Shown: piece by piece, positions 17,971-28,134 of the stretch | Layout of the letters: the number at the start of each line of letters is the position of its first letter | How positions within the stretch are numbered: position 1 is the first letter of the stretch | Source of the DNA: Gammaproteobacteria bacterium | GTDB taxonomy: Bacteria; Pseudomonadota; Gammaproteobacteria; UBA4575 | Direction: 5' to 3' | Length of the DNA: 38,442 bases | Assembly (NCBI GenBank): GCA_028281205.1 | Contig: JANQKJ010000022.1 | Location: 1-38,442 of the forward strand | The notes under the pieces: model-generated | The model's database searches: none | What the model saw: the letters and a program-made list of their open reading frames with translations, nothing else | What the model was told of the DNA's origin: nothing | Translations under genes and position numbers: made by a program

Positions 17971-18804
17971 TTGGCTATTCTGTATATTGTTGCGACGCCC
18001 ATAGGAAACCTTAAGGATATCACTTTAAGAGCGCTGGAAACGCTTGCTAAGGTGGATATTGTCGCAGCGGAGGATACACGAGTAGCACAAAAGTTATTGG
18101 GTGTTCACGCTATCACCACTACAGTGCTTTCTTATCATCAACATAATACTGAGAAGCGTGATCCAGAATTGTTATCCGCACTGCAACAAGGTAAAAGTAT
18201 TGCTTTGATTACCGATGCAGGTACACCTCTTGTTAGTGACCCAGGACATTCAATAGTTTCACTTTGCCGCCAAAATCATATTGATGTAGTACCGATTCCA
18301 GGGGCATGTGCGGCAGTAACTGCCTTGTGTGTAAATGATTTTAATATCACCCGCTATTTTTTTGAGGGTTTTTTGCCATCTAAGCAATCTGCCCGTATTC
18401 AGCGTCTACAAGAAGTATATTCCTATCCCCAGGCAATTATATTTTATGAGGCGAAACATCGCATCCAAGCTATGTTGCAGGATTTACAGACAGTATGTGG
18501 ATCTGAGCGACGTATTATGGTGGCTAGAGAGTTAACTAAAATACACGAGCAAATTGTATCTGGTTCAATAGTAGAGATGATTAAGCACTTTGCTGAAAGT
18601 AGTATTCCTTGCAAAGGCGAGTTTGTAGTAATTCTGGAAGGTGCATCAAAAGATGCACAAACTGATGCGGAAGTAGAAAAAATGAGACATTTATTTGAAC
18701 AGCTTGCTGCCGTGATGAGTCATAAAGATGTCGTCATGCTTGCTTGTGAATTAAGTGATCTGCCCAAAAACGCTCTTTATGAGATTGCCAGTGAGTACTA
18801 CTAA
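17971..18804 (+). CDS. rsmI: 16S rRNA (cytidine1402-2'-O)-methyltransferase RsmI
   Basis: 277 aa, TTG start. LYIVATPIGNLKDITLRALETL N-terminus and the tetrapyrrole-methylase-like fold motifs of RsmI. Confidence 0.9.
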   Translation: MAILYIVATPIGNLKDITLRALETLAKVDIVAAEDTRVAQKLLGVHAITTTVLSYHQHNTEKRDPELLSALQQGKSIALITDAGTPLVSDPGHSIVSLCRQNHIDVVPIPGACAAVTALCVNDFNITRYFFEGFLPSKQSARIQRLQEVYSYPQAIIFYEAKHRIQAMLQDLQTVCGSERRIMVARELTKIHEQIVSGSIVEMIKHFAESSIPCKGEFVVILEGASKDAQTDAEVEKMRHLFEQLAAVMSHKDVVMLACELSDLPKNALYEIASEYY

Positions 18805-18857
18805 ATTTACTTTGTAAAAGCACTATTGCCTTTTAGTCTGCAGTGATAGAGTCAGTG

Positions 18858-19212
18858 TGAGAGTTGGTCGAGGCAATCGCTGCTGAGTAATCAGTAGAGG
18901 AAAGTCCGGGCTCCATAGGGCAGGGTGCCAGGTAACGCCTGGAGGGTGCAAACCCATGGAAAGTGCAGCAGAAAAGATACCGCCTACGTCAGTGGGTAAG
19001 GGTGAAATGGTGCGGTAAGAGCGCACCGCGTTGATGACAACATGAACGGCATGGTAAACCCCACCTGGAGCAAGACCAAATAGGAGGGCAGGCTATTTTT
19101 TAGCCACATGTGGTCCACATGGCTCTCGGGTAGGTCGCTAAAGGTGTCTGGCGACAGGCATCTCAGATGAATGATTGCCCACGACAAAACCCGGCTTACT
19201 GACCAACTCTCA
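18858..19212 (+). ncRNA. rnpB: RNase P RNA, bacterial type A
   Basis: Near-identical runs to E. coli M1 RNA conserved regions: GAGGAAAGTCCGGGCTCCATAGGGCAGGGTGCCAGGTAACGCCTGG, GGTAAGGGTGAAA.GGTGCGGTAAGAGCGCACCGC, GGTAAAC.CCACC.GGAGCAAG.CCAAATAGG, AGATGAATGA.TG.CCACGACA.AACCCGGCTTA. The P1 helix is formed by tgagagttggtc (18858-18869) and gaccaactctca (19201-19212). Ends are accurate to within a few nt. Confidence 0.92.
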
Positions 19213-19357
19213 ATCTATAATGCAAACTTAAAGTAGTCTCTAAGCAAGCGCTATCAAGCTATTAATAAATTTAATTTTTCCTCTTATATTACTCTGCAAA
19301 AGTCTTCTAAGTAACTGTCTTACAAGACAAAAATCCCGATAAACGGCACAATTTAGC

Positions 19358-19386
19358 TTGCATTTTAGCCGCTTGATTTCTATAGT
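19358..19386 (+). promoter_or_regulatory. sigma70-type promoter of the dcw cluster (Pmra)
   Basis: TTGCAT (19358-19363), a 17-nt spacer, then TATAGT (19381-19386), about 58 nt upstream of the mraZ ATG. Confidence 0.5.
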
Positions 19387-19410
19387 GGTAAGAATGTGGG
19401 AGAAAGTGGT
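19383..19410 (+). promoter_or_regulatory. MraZ operator: three direct GTGG(G/T) repeats
   Basis: GTGG at 19385-19388, 19396-19399 and 19406-19409, with 11- and 10-nt periodicity. The repeats overlap and follow the -10 box. This matches the known MraZ box architecture of three spaced (T)GGG/GTGG repeats at Pmra. Confidence 0.5.
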
Positions 19411-19443
19411 TTTTAATGTAATTTCCGGGATAGAAGAACAAGA

Positions 19444-19896
19444 ATGTTTAAAGGCATCACATCAACGACAATTGACGCAAAGGCGCGTATCACAATACCC
19501 ACAGAGTATCGAGATGCAATAAAAGCTGCTTGTGGCGGACAAATTGTTGTCACTGTTGATGTTGATCGTTGTTTGCTCATTTATCCTCAGCCTGAGTGGG
19601 AGCGTTTCGAAACGGACCTTCGAGCTTTGCCTAATGTCGGTAAACAAGTGCGCCGCTGGCACCGACTTTACCTGGGACACGCTAAACCACGTGAGATTGA
19701 TGGTCAATATAGAATTTTACTCCCCCAAGAATTAAGAGATTACGCAGGCTTGAAAAAGCATGTTTGTCTTGTTGGCCAAGGCAACAAATTTGAGTTGTGG
19801 GATCAAACCAGATGGAACGAGTCGCTTGATCAGTGGCTAGAAGAAGAAGCTAACTCAGCAGTGAATGAGTCTCCATTAGAAACACTAAGCGTTTAA
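19444..19896 (+). CDS. mraZ: transcriptional regulator MraZ
   Basis: 150 aa. Two DxxxR SpoVT/AbrB-like repeats (DAKARITIP, DGQYRILLP). First gene of the dcw cluster. Confidence 0.95.
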   Translation: MFKGITSTTIDAKARITIPTEYRDAIKAACGGQIVVTVDVDRCLLIYPQPEWERFETDLRALPNVGKQVRRWHRLYLGHAKPREIDGQYRILLPQELRDYAGLKKHVCLVGQGNKFELWDQTRWNESLDQWLEEEANSAVNESPLETLSV

Positions 19897-19902
19897 ATAC
19901 GC

Positions 19903-20838
19903 ATGCAAGAGACATTAACTCATGTGCCTGTGTTGTTACATGAGTGCATACAAGGATTAAGAATAAAAGCTGACGGCACCTACGTTGACTGCACTTTCGG
20001 GCGAGGAGGTCATAGTCAGTTACTGCTGGATGAGTTAACCGACAAGGGAAGATTATTTGTATTAGATCAAGACCCAAGTGCAGTGGCATATGCCAAGGGG
20101 AAGTTTGGCAATGATAAAAGGGTCAAAATCTTGCATGAGTCGTTTGCAAATTTGCAAACAGTTGCCAGTGATAATGGATTGAATACAAATGTGGATGGAG
20201 TTTTTTTTGATTTAGGGGTGTCATCACCTCAATTAGATGAAGCTGAGAGAGGATTTAGTTTTAGTCATGATGGTCCGTTAGATATGCGCATGAATACTAG
20301 TTCAGGTCAGTCTGCTGCTGAGTGGCTTGCAGATATTAGTGCGGATCAACTAACTACGGTACTGCATGATTTTGGTGAAGAGCGTTATGCGAGAAAAATT
20401 GCGCTAAAAATTTTGCAGGAGCAGCAACAAAAAGCGATTAATACAACTGAACGCTTGGCGGACATTATAAAGAGTTGTTACCCGCCTAGCTATAAAGGGG
20501 TCCATCCTGCGACTAGAACATTCCAGGCAATTCGTATTGCAGTGAATAAGGAATTGGATGCATTACAAAAAGGTTTGGAAGCTGCATTCGAGATGCTAAA
20601 TGATGGTGGACGCTTGGTCGTGATAAGTTTTCATTCGCTTGAAGACCGATTAGTAAAGCGCTTTATCCGTAATACAAAACAACAAGAGCGACTGCCAGTA
20701 AAAATGCCAGTAATGCCTGAATTTAATAACTACTTGAAGCCGATAGGTAAATTGGTACGTCCATCGGAGCAGGAAATAAATGTAAATCCACGCGCACGCA
20801 GCGCGCGTTTGCGAATTGCAGAAAAGGTGCTGAAGTGA
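19903..20838 (+). CDS. rsmH: 16S rRNA (cytosine1402-N4)-methyltransferase RsmH (MraW)
   Basis: 311 aa. HVPVLL, DCTFGRGGHS and FDLGVSSPQLD motifs. Confidence 0.95.
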   Translation: MQETLTHVPVLLHECIQGLRIKADGTYVDCTFGRGGHSQLLLDELTDKGRLFVLDQDPSAVAYAKGKFGNDKRVKILHESFANLQTVASDNGLNTNVDGVFFDLGVSSPQLDEAERGFSFSHDGPLDMRMNTSSGQSAAEWLADISADQLTTVLHDFGEERYARKIALKILQEQQQKAINTTERLADIIKSCYPPSYKGVHPATRTFQAIRIAVNKELDALQKGLEAAFEMLNDGGRLVVISFHSLEDRLVKRFIRNTKQQERLPVKMPVMPEFNNYLKPIGKLVRPSEQEINVNPRARSARLRIAEKVLK

Positions 20839-21107
20839 AATTTACAGCGTTAATAAGTTTCTATTTGATTGTTGTTATTAGTGCTTCAGGTTTGGTTTAT
20901 AGCAAACATTTACAAAGAAGGTATTTTGTAGAGTTGCAGGCATTACAAGAAACAGAATCACAGTTGCAGACAGAGTGGGAGCAATTGTTATTAGAGGAGA
21001 GTGCTTGGTCAAATCAGGCGCGTATAGAACAGATTGCAAATAGTAAATTAGGCATGCATTTAGTGAATCATTCTGATGTCATTATGCTGGAGATGGAAAC
21101 TAAATGA
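20835..21107 (+). CDS. ftsL: cell division protein FtsL
   Basis: 90 aa, single TM plus coiled-coil. GTGA overlap with rsmH and ATGA overlap with ftsI. Conserved position. Confidence 0.85.
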   Translation: MKFTALISFYLIVVISASGLVYSKHLQRRYFVELQALQETESQLQTEWEQLLLEESAWSNQARIEQIANSKLGMHLVNHSDVIMLEMETK

Positions 21108-22816
21108 AGAAGACAAAAACTAAAGCATTTAGTGCACGTAGGTATCTACTACTGTTTGCTGTGTTTTCAGTATTTGTATTATTATTTGCGCGTGCCGCAC
21201 AATTACAGATATTACATGCGGATTTTTATAATGAGCAAGGTTCTAATCGGCATGTACGCACAGTGGAAATTCCTGCCAACAGGGGTGTGATTACTGATCG
21301 CCATGGTGAGGCATTGGCAATTAGTACACCAGTATTTTCAGTCTGGGCGCATCCTCAAACTGCTTTGGATAGCCCGCAATCTATTTTTCATGCTGCGCAA
21401 GTGTTGGGTCTAAGTAAACAAAGAATTAAACACAAACTTGAGCAAAGAAAGAATAAACAATTTGTATATTTAAAACGCCATGTATTTCCCAATATAGCAG
21501 ACCAGCTAAAGCAACAAAAAACACCTGGTGTATCTATTGTCAGAGAATATAGACGCTATTATCCGGCCGGCGAAATGGCAGCCCATGTAGTCGGACTAAC
21601 AAATATTGATGACCAGGGCCTGGAGGGAGTGGAATTAGCGTTTGACGATTGGCTACATGGATCGCCCGGCAAAAAGCGAGTTTTAAGGAATGCGCATGGC
21701 GTGACTGTGGGTGATATTGGATTGGTGCGTGAACCTCATCATGGTAAAGACCTGACCCTATCGATTGATAAACGTATACAGTATCTGGCCTATCGCGAAT
21801 TAAAAAGAACAATTGCCAGTCATGGCGCAAAGTCCGGTTCTGTGGTTGTGTTATCGGTGGATTCGGGTGAAGTGCTTGCCATGGCAAATTGGCCTGCATT
21901 TAACCCTAATGATCGCAGTAACACGAAAGTATCAGCGATACGCAATCGTGCAATTACGGATGTATTTGAACCCGGCTCAACTGTTAAACCATTCCTGATT
22001 GCAGCTGCTATTGAGAATGGCACTTATAAAGTAAGCAGCACAATCAATACTGCTCCAGGGTATTTTAATATCGCGGGTTTACTCGTCAGTGACAATAGTA
22101 ATTATGGCGTCATTGATATGAAAACTTTACTTAGTAAATCTAGTAATGTTGGTGCGGTGCGCGTGGCTTTGAAAATGTCGCAAGAGCAAGTGTGGAACCA
22201 ATATCAATCAGTTGGCTTTGGCCAGCTTACCGGCTCTGGGTTTCCAGGTGAGAGAGCAGGTAAGTTAGTTAATTATACAAATTGGAATAAAACTCAGCGC
22301 GCAACCTTAGCTTACGGTTATGGCATGTCAACAACTGCAATGCAATTGGCAAGAGCCTATTCAGTGATCGCTAATAATGGTGTGTTATTGCCTACCTCAT
22401 TCATTGTAAATGAGCAGCCTGTGACTGGTCAGCGTGTTATGTCTGGGCGCACCGCAAATGCTGTACGAACTATGTTGAAAGGCGTACTGGATAAATCAGG
22501 AACCGGTAGTCGTGCAAGTATGCAGGGTTATACCGCTGCAGGTAAGACAGGAACTTCACGTAAAGCACAGGACGGTGGATATTCACAAGATAATTACATC
22601 GCTTTATTTGCCGGTATGGCACCGGCCGATCGACCTGAAGTAGTAGTGGTAGCGCTTATTGATCAACCTCTTAAGAAGGATGGCTACTATGGTGGTGAGG
22701 TTGCGGCACCATTATTTTCCCGTGTTACAGAAGGGAGTCTGCGTTTATTGAATGTAGCACCAAATGTCATCGATCAGAAAAAACGTAATTTACTCATGAC
22801 GGAAATAAATAAGTAA
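21104..22816 (+). CDS. ftsI: peptidoglycan D,D-transpeptidase FtsI (PBP3)
   Basis: 570 aa. Motifs SxxK (STVKP), SxN (SSN) and KTG (GKTGT). N-terminal TM anchor. Confidence 0.95.
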   Translation: MKKTKTKAFSARRYLLLFAVFSVFVLLFARAAQLQILHADFYNEQGSNRHVRTVEIPANRGVITDRHGEALAISTPVFSVWAHPQTALDSPQSIFHAAQVLGLSKQRIKHKLEQRKNKQFVYLKRHVFPNIADQLKQQKTPGVSIVREYRRYYPAGEMAAHVVGLTNIDDQGLEGVELAFDDWLHGSPGKKRVLRNAHGVTVGDIGLVREPHHGKDLTLSIDKRIQYLAYRELKRTIASHGAKSGSVVVLSVDSGEVLAMANWPAFNPNDRSNTKVSAIRNRAITDVFEPGSTVKPFLIAAAIENGTYKVSSTINTAPGYFNIAGLLVSDNSNYGVIDMKTLLSKSSNVGAVRVALKMSQEQVWNQYQSVGFGQLTGSGFPGERAGKLVNYTNWNKTQRATLAYGYGMSTTAMQLARAYSVIANNGVLLPTSFIVNEQPVTGQRVMSGRTANAVRTMLKGVLDKSGTGSRASMQGYTAAGKTGTSRKAQDGGYSQDNYIALFAGMAPADRPEVVVVALIDQPLKKDGYYGGEVAAPLFSRVTEGSLRLLNVAPNVIDQKKRNLLMTEINK

Positions 22817-24300
22817 TGCCACACAGTGACAAAAAAACTATGTCCTTGAGTGAATTGTTAGCAGGAATTGTTGATGTGCCGGTTGCAAAAGATATTTTTG
22901 TCGCAGGAGTCAGTGAATATAGTGCTGACGTGGAAACGGGCGATGTTTTCATCGCACTGTCAGGTCTTGATTATGCGCAAGAAGCAATTAATAACGGTGC
23001 CGTGGCAATAGTTTATCAGTCGGGCTATGAGACTGAAGCAATTGTAAAAAATATGGCGGTACCAGTGATTGAATGTAATAACCTATCTACACATGTAGAT
23101 ACAATTGTTACGCGACTTTACGGAGATGCTACTAAGCAAATTAAAACTATTGCTATAACGGGTACAGATGGAAAATCATCTGTGGCGCATCTAGTTGCAC
23201 AAGCGCTTGAGCATGCGGGAGATGCGTGTGGCTTAATAGGTACTTTGGGCTACGGTCGTTTAACTAATCTTTATGCTGCAACTCATACTACGCCTCCAAA
23301 AACCCGCTTGGCCAAAGAGTATGCCAAATTCAAACAAATTGGATGTGACATTGCTGCGCTAGAGGCGTCTTCACATGGGATACATCAACAGCGCTTAATT
23401 GGTTTGGATGTATACACTGCAGTACTAACCAATATTACTCGCGATCATTTGGATTATCACAAAACGTTAGAGGATTATATTCAAGCCAAAGCAGCATTAT
23501 TTTTTGAACATGATGCAAAGTATGCAGTGATTAATATAGATGATGAAAATGGTCGGCAGTGGTGTGAGGCTTTATCTTCAAAACTAGAAGTCATAAGTTA
23601 TTCATTAGCGAATACAAATGCTGATGTATTTGCATCCAACATTGATTATTTGCCTACTTCTACAAGTTTATGCATGCACGTAAATGGCGATGAAATAAAA
23701 GTTCATACTACATTGTTGGGTGAATTTAATGTGCTTAATCTGCTTGCTGTAGCAGCTGTATTAGTTAGTCTGAAAAAGTCTACAGAACAGATAACCTTAG
23801 CAATAAATAAATTAGATGCAGTGCCGGGTCGCATGCAGCGTGTTGAGTCAGGAACAAATGCAAATATTATTGTCGACTATGCGCATACACCTGCGGCATT
23901 ACTGGCGGCGATTACTGCTATGCGTAAACATTGTCCTGGTAAATTAATTTGTGTATTTGGCTGCGGTGGTGATCGCGATCAAGGTAAGCGTGAGCAGATG
24001 GGTGAAATAGCAAGCTCTAATTGTGACTATGTTGTGATTACCTCTGATAATCCACGTCATGAAGCACCAGAAATAATCATACAGCAGATTTCACAAGGCT
24101 GTGTGGCTGATAGTCAATGTATCAGTATCGTAGATAGAAAAGATGCGATTGCACATGCACTACATCTCGCCACTAATAATGATGCCGTGTTGATTGCTGG
24201 CAAGGGACATGAAAAGTATCAATATATTGGTGATCAAGTAATTGCCTTTGATGATGTTGAGGTTGTAAGGAGTAAACTTCAAAGGATGGCTCATGGCTGA
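22816..24300 (+). CDS. murE: UDP-N-acetylmuramoyl-L-alanyl-D-glutamate--2,6-diaminopimelate ligase MurE
   Basis: 494 aa. Mur ligase P-loop ITGTDGKSS, and DNPR near the C-terminus (meso-DAP-type). TAATG overlap with ftsI. Confidence 0.95.
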   Translation: MPHSDKKTMSLSELLAGIVDVPVAKDIFVAGVSEYSADVETGDVFIALSGLDYAQEAINNGAVAIVYQSGYETEAIVKNMAVPVIECNNLSTHVDTIVTRLYGDATKQIKTIAITGTDGKSSVAHLVAQALEHAGDACGLIGTLGYGRLTNLYAATHTTPPKTRLAKEYAKFKQIGCDIAALEASSHGIHQQRLIGLDVYTAVLTNITRDHLDYHKTLEDYIQAKAALFFEHDAKYAVINIDDENGRQWCEALSSKLEVISYSLANTNADVFASNIDYLPTSTSLCMHVNGDEIKVHTTLLGEFNVLNLLAVAAVLVSLKKSTEQITLAINKLDAVPGRMQRVESGTNANIIVDYAHTPAALLAAITAMRKHCPGKLICVFGCGGDRDQGKREQMGEIASSNCDYVVITSDNPRHEAPEIIIQQISQGCVADSQCISIVDRKDAIAHALHLATNNDAVLIAGKGHEKYQYIGDQVIAFDDVEVVRSKLQRMAHG

Positions 24301-25657
24301 ACAAGTGACTCAATGGTTGCAGTTAAGTCAGATAGCCGAAATGGCACAAGGTCAGTTGCAAGGTGAAGATAAATATATTTCATCCTTGTCAACAGACACA
24401 CGTAATTTGCATCAAGGTGATCTGTTTGTTGCTCTAGAAGGCGATCGGTTTGATGGACATACATTTATTAATCAGGATGTGGAAGCCGTCGCTGCGGGTG
24501 TGTTTGTACATAAGCAGGTTAATACCGTACTGCCCTCGATTGTTGTTGAGGATACTCTGAAAGGTCTGTCCCGTTGGGCACAGACCTGGCGACATGTAGT
24601 GGCACCAAAACTTGCAGCCATAACCGGCAGCAATGGCAAGACCACTGTTAAACAAATGTTAAGCAATGTGCTTTCGTTAGCAGGCAGCACTTGTTACACC
24701 CAGGGCAATTTAAATAACCACATAGGTGTGCCACTTACATTGCTTACTTTGCGTGAGCATCACGAATTTGCAGTGATAGAAATGGGTGCCAATCATTTTG
24801 GAGAAATTAATCATTTAAGTTGTTTGGCTGAACCTGACATTGCAATTATCACTAACGCTGGGCCTGCACATTTAGAAGGATTTGGTTCAGTCGAAGGTGT
24901 ATCACGTGCCAAGGGTGAAATTATGAATGGTCTTGGTGAAGATGGTGTGATTGTTTTAAATGCAGATGATCAATACCTGGATGCTTGGTTGAGCATGGCG
25001 CGGGACAGGAATTTAACTATTATCACCTTTGGCTTTAATGATAAAGCCGATGTCAAAGGTGTTGCGCATAATGGTAATCATTTGATGATAAAGATTGATA
25101 ATGAAGTAATTGAAGTTAGCTTGCCACTACCTGGTAAACACAATGCATGTAATGCATTAGGTGTTGCAGCAGTAGCACATCAGCTAAATGTAGATTTTGC
25201 ACTGATTAAGCAAGGACTGGAAAGTTCTCATCACCTTCAAGGCCGATTGCAAACTAAGCAAGGTTTGAGTGGTTCGGTTATTTTGGATGATACATACAAT
25301 GCAAATCCTGGTTCATTATCTGCTGCGATAGATGTTTTGTGCGCACAGCCCAAAGAACCGTGGTTGGTAATTGGTGATATGGGTGAATTGGGTGATGAAG
25401 CAGAACAGATCCACGCGCAAATTGGCATTAAGGCTAAATCTGCTGGCGTGAAAAAATTATTTGCTTTAGGTGAATTGTCAAAACATGCAGTTAATAGTTT
25501 TGGCAATCACGCATGTCATTTTGATCAGCATAATCAATTGAGCGAAGCACTGGTAGCGCAACTAAATGATAACTGCTGTGTACTTGTTAAAGGTTCGCGT
25601 GCTATGCATATGGAAGATGTAGTTGCTAGCCTAGTGGAACATGCAGGGAGGCATTAA
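24293..25657 (+). CDS. murF: UDP-MurNAc-tripeptide--D-alanyl-D-alanine ligase MurF
   Basis: 454 aa. ITGSNGKTT P-loop. 8-nt overlap with murE. Confidence 0.95.
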   Translation: MAEQVTQWLQLSQIAEMAQGQLQGEDKYISSLSTDTRNLHQGDLFVALEGDRFDGHTFINQDVEAVAAGVFVHKQVNTVLPSIVVEDTLKGLSRWAQTWRHVVAPKLAAITGSNGKTTVKQMLSNVLSLAGSTCYTQGNLNNHIGVPLTLLTLREHHEFAVIEMGANHFGEINHLSCLAEPDIAIITNAGPAHLEGFGSVEGVSRAKGEIMNGLGEDGVIVLNADDQYLDAWLSMARDRNLTIITFGFNDKADVKGVAHNGNHLMIKIDNEVIEVSLPLPGKHNACNALGVAAVAHQLNVDFALIKQGLESSHHLQGRLQTKQGLSGSVILDDTYNANPGSLSAAIDVLCAQPKEPWLVIGDMGELGDEAEQIHAQIGIKAKSAGVKKLFALGELSKHAVNSFGNHACHFDQHNQLSEALVAQLNDNCCVLVKGSRAMHMEDVVASLVEHAGRH

Positions 25658-25669
25658 CTAGAATTTACT

Positions 25670-26752
25670 ATGCTTCTATATTTATTTGAATATTTAGAAC
25701 AGTATAACAGCGCTTTCAATGTGTTTGGTTATCTTACCTTGCGCGCTATTTTGGGTGTGCTGACTGCATTGGTAATTTGTTTTGTTACTGGCCCAATGAT
25801 GATTCGCAGGTTATCAGATTACCGAGTTGGCCAGAATATTCGCTCTGATGGACCACAAACACATTTGCTTAAAGCCGGCACACCGACAATGGGCGGCGCG
25901 TTTTTGTTGTTAAGTATTTTAGTTAGTACATTGCTTTGGGGTGATTTAGGCAATCGTTATATCTGGGTAGTGTGTTTTGTAACTTTTGCTTTTGGTGCGA
26001 TTGGTGCTTTTGATGATATTAAAAAATTAGTCCAAGGGAACAGCGCGGGTATATCAGTGCGCTTGAAGTATGGATTACAGTCTGCTGTAGCACTAATTGC
26101 GGCTTGGTGGTTATTTAAAACCGCTAGCTTGCCAGTTGAAACTAATTTTTATGTGCCTTTATTTAAAAATATTGTCATCAATTTAGGCCCATGGTTCGTA
26201 TTGCTTGCTTACTTTGTAATTGTTGGTTCCAGTAATGCAGTTAACTTAACAGATGGTCTAGATGGTTTGGCAATTATGCCAACGGCAATGGTTGCAGGTG
26301 CTTTGGGAATATTTGCTTATGTTAGTGGGCACTCGGCCTTTGCTGAATATTTGGCGATTCCATTTATTCCTATGGCAGGTGAGCTAATAGTGTTTTGTGC
26401 CGCAATTGTTGGTGCGGGGTTAGGCTTTTTATGGTTCAACGCTTATCCAGCACAAGTGTTTATGGGTGATGTGGGTGCATTATCCTTGGGTGCAGCATTG
26501 GGCACAGTGGCGGTATTAGTGCGACAAGAAATCGTTTTAATCATTATGGGTGGAGTGTTTGTAGTGGAAACACTGTCGGTAATGATTCAGGTGGCTTCAT
26601 ATAAGTTAACAGGTAAACGTATATTTAAAATGGCACCTTTACATCACCATTTTGAGTTGCGTGGATGGCCAGAGCCTAGAGTGATTGTTCGCTTTTGGAT
26701 TATCACCATCATTTTAGTATTAATTGGCTTGGCTACTTTAAAACTACGTTAG
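25670..26752 (+). CDS. mraY: phospho-N-acetylmuramoyl-pentapeptide transferase MraY
   Basis: 360 aa, polytopic. [13 protein letters not shown] and PLHHHFE motifs. Confidence 0.95.
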   Translation: MLLYLFEYLEQYNSAFNVFGYLTLRAILGVLTALVICFVTGPMMIRRLSDYRVGQNIRSDGPQTHLLKAGTPTMGGAFLLLSILVSTLLWGDLGNRYIWVVCFVTFAFGAIGAFDDIKKLVQGNSAGISVRLKYGLQSAVALIAAWWLFKTASLPVETNFYVPLFKNIVINLGPWFVLLAYFVIVGSSNAVNLTDGLDGLAIMPTAMVAGALGIFAYVSGHSAFAEYLAIPFIPMAGELIVFCAAIVGAGLGFLWFNAYPAQVFMGDVGALSLGAALGTVAVLVRQEIVLIIMGGVFVVETLSVMIQVASYKLTGKRIFKMAPLHHHFELRGWPEPRVIVRFWIITIILVLIGLATLKLR

Positions 26753-26790
26753 TGGACAATGGGTAATCAAGTGTGGAAATAAACTATGCG

Positions 26791-28134
26791 ATGAAAATTG
26801 ATACCAAAAATTACTTGATTGTGGGTGCAGGTGCATCAGGTTTTTCGGTGGTTGAATATTTTGTTGCACAAAATAAAAAGTTTCGCGTAATGGATACGCG
26901 TGAACTGCCGCCAAATGCGACCAAGGTCAAGTCTATGTTATCAGACGCACATATATCATTTGGTTCCATCAATCAGCAATGGATTGAACAAGCTGACGTT
27001 ATTGTATTGAGTCCTGGTGTGTCTCCACAGCTGCCAGAAATCGAACAAGCGAAACAGCGTGGTGCTGAAGTCATTGGCGATATTGAATTGTTTGCCCGCC
27101 AGGTTGCTAAGCCTTACATTGCTATAACGGGATCGAATGGAAAAAGCACTGTGACAATGCTGGTGAGAGATATACTCGCGAGCCAGGGTTTGCGTGTAAA
27201 AGCCTGTGCAAATATCGGTGAGCCGGCATTAAGTGTTGTTAATGACGATGTAGATATTTTTGTTTTGGAATTATCTAGTTTTCAGTTGGAAACATGTAAG
27301 TCGCTTTCTGCTTTAGTGTCTGTTGTTTTGAATATTTGTGAAGATCATTTAGATAGGCATGAGAATATTGAACAGTATGCACAGATAAAATCTACTATTT
27401 ATAAAAATGCTACGCATAAAGTCATTCCGCGCGATAAGCTAACAAAAAGTTTTTTATCTGATTATCAAACTAGCTTGAGTTTTGGCAGTGATGTCCCAAG
27501 TGGTGATAACTATGGTGTTATAGAAGACGAGACCGGCAGGTGGTTGGTTCGAGGCGATAGAAAAATTATTCAATCGTCCGAGCTTTCTTTACTAGGCTCT
27601 ACGGGTGAACTTAATGTACTAGCTGCATTGGCGGTAACACAGGACTTGATAAAAGATGAAGTTAAAGCTCTAGATGCGATTAGAGATTTTAAGGGGCTGT
27701 CACATCGGTGTGAATTGGTTATTGAGCATAATCATGTGCAGTGGATTGATGATAGTAAAGGTACCAATGTGGGTGCAACTGTTTCTGCTATTAAAGGATT
27801 TAAGCAATCATTAGTCTTAATTGTGGGTGGTGTATATAAAGGGGGTTCACTGTCGGAGCTAAGCTCAGTAGTCGTAAATAATGTGAGTCATGTGATTGTG
27901 TTTGGACGAGATAGACAGGTCTTTATAAATGCATTGAAAGATCAGGTTGATATTCGAGAGGCATCTTCCTTAGATGAATGCGTAGAGTTAGCTAGTCAGC
28001 TAGTTGCCCCTGGTCAGGTAGTATTATTTTCTCCTGCTTGCGCTAGCTTCGATATGTTTGCGAATTACATCGAACGTGGGTTAGCTTTTAAGCAAGCAGT
28101 GTATGCAAAAGTTATTGGTGGGTCTAATGTCTAG
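26791..28134 (+). CDS. murD: UDP-N-acetylmuramoylalanine--D-glutamate ligase MurD
   Basis: ITGSNGKST P-loop. N-terminal Rossmann motif LIVGAGASG. The ATG at 26791 (MKIDTKNY...) aligns better with known MurD N-termini than the GTG at 26773 used by the ORF track. The start is uncertain by 18 nt. Confidence 0.93.
   Translation: MKIDTKNYLIVGAGASGFSVVEYFVAQNKKFRVMDTRELPPNATKVKSMLSDAHISFGSINQQWIEQADVIVLSPGVSPQLPEIEQAKQRGAEVIGDIELFARQVAKPYIAITGSNGKSTVTMLVRDILASQGLRVKACANIGEPALSVVNDDVDIFVLELSSFQLETCKSLSALVSVVLNICEDHLDRHENIEQYAQIKSTIYKNATHKVIPRDKLTKSFLSDYQTSLSFGSDVPSGDNYGVIEDETGRWLVRGDRKIIQSSELSLLGSTGELNVLAALAVTQDLIKDEVKALDAIRDFKGLSHRCELVIEHNHVQWIDDSKGTNVGATVSAIKGFKQSLVLIVGGVYKGGSLSELSSVVVNNVSHVIVFGRDRQVFINALKDQVDIREASSLDECVELASQLVAPGQVVLFSPACASFDMFANYIERGLAFKQAVYAKVIGGSNV

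Noticed and set aside
18823-19187. Two 67-aa minus-strand ORFs
   Set aside because: They overlap the RNase P RNA gene (18858-19212). That sequence matches the conserved type-A RNase P core almost base for base, so the region is an RNA gene and not coding.
19213-19357. Imperfect direct repeats (gtctctaagcaa / gtcttctaagtaa) and a short gtctt..aagac dyad between rnpB and Pmra
   Set aside because: They are short, imperfect and in AT-rich DNA. The dyad has a 2-nt loop and is not followed by a T-tract, so there is no convincing terminator or operator assignment.
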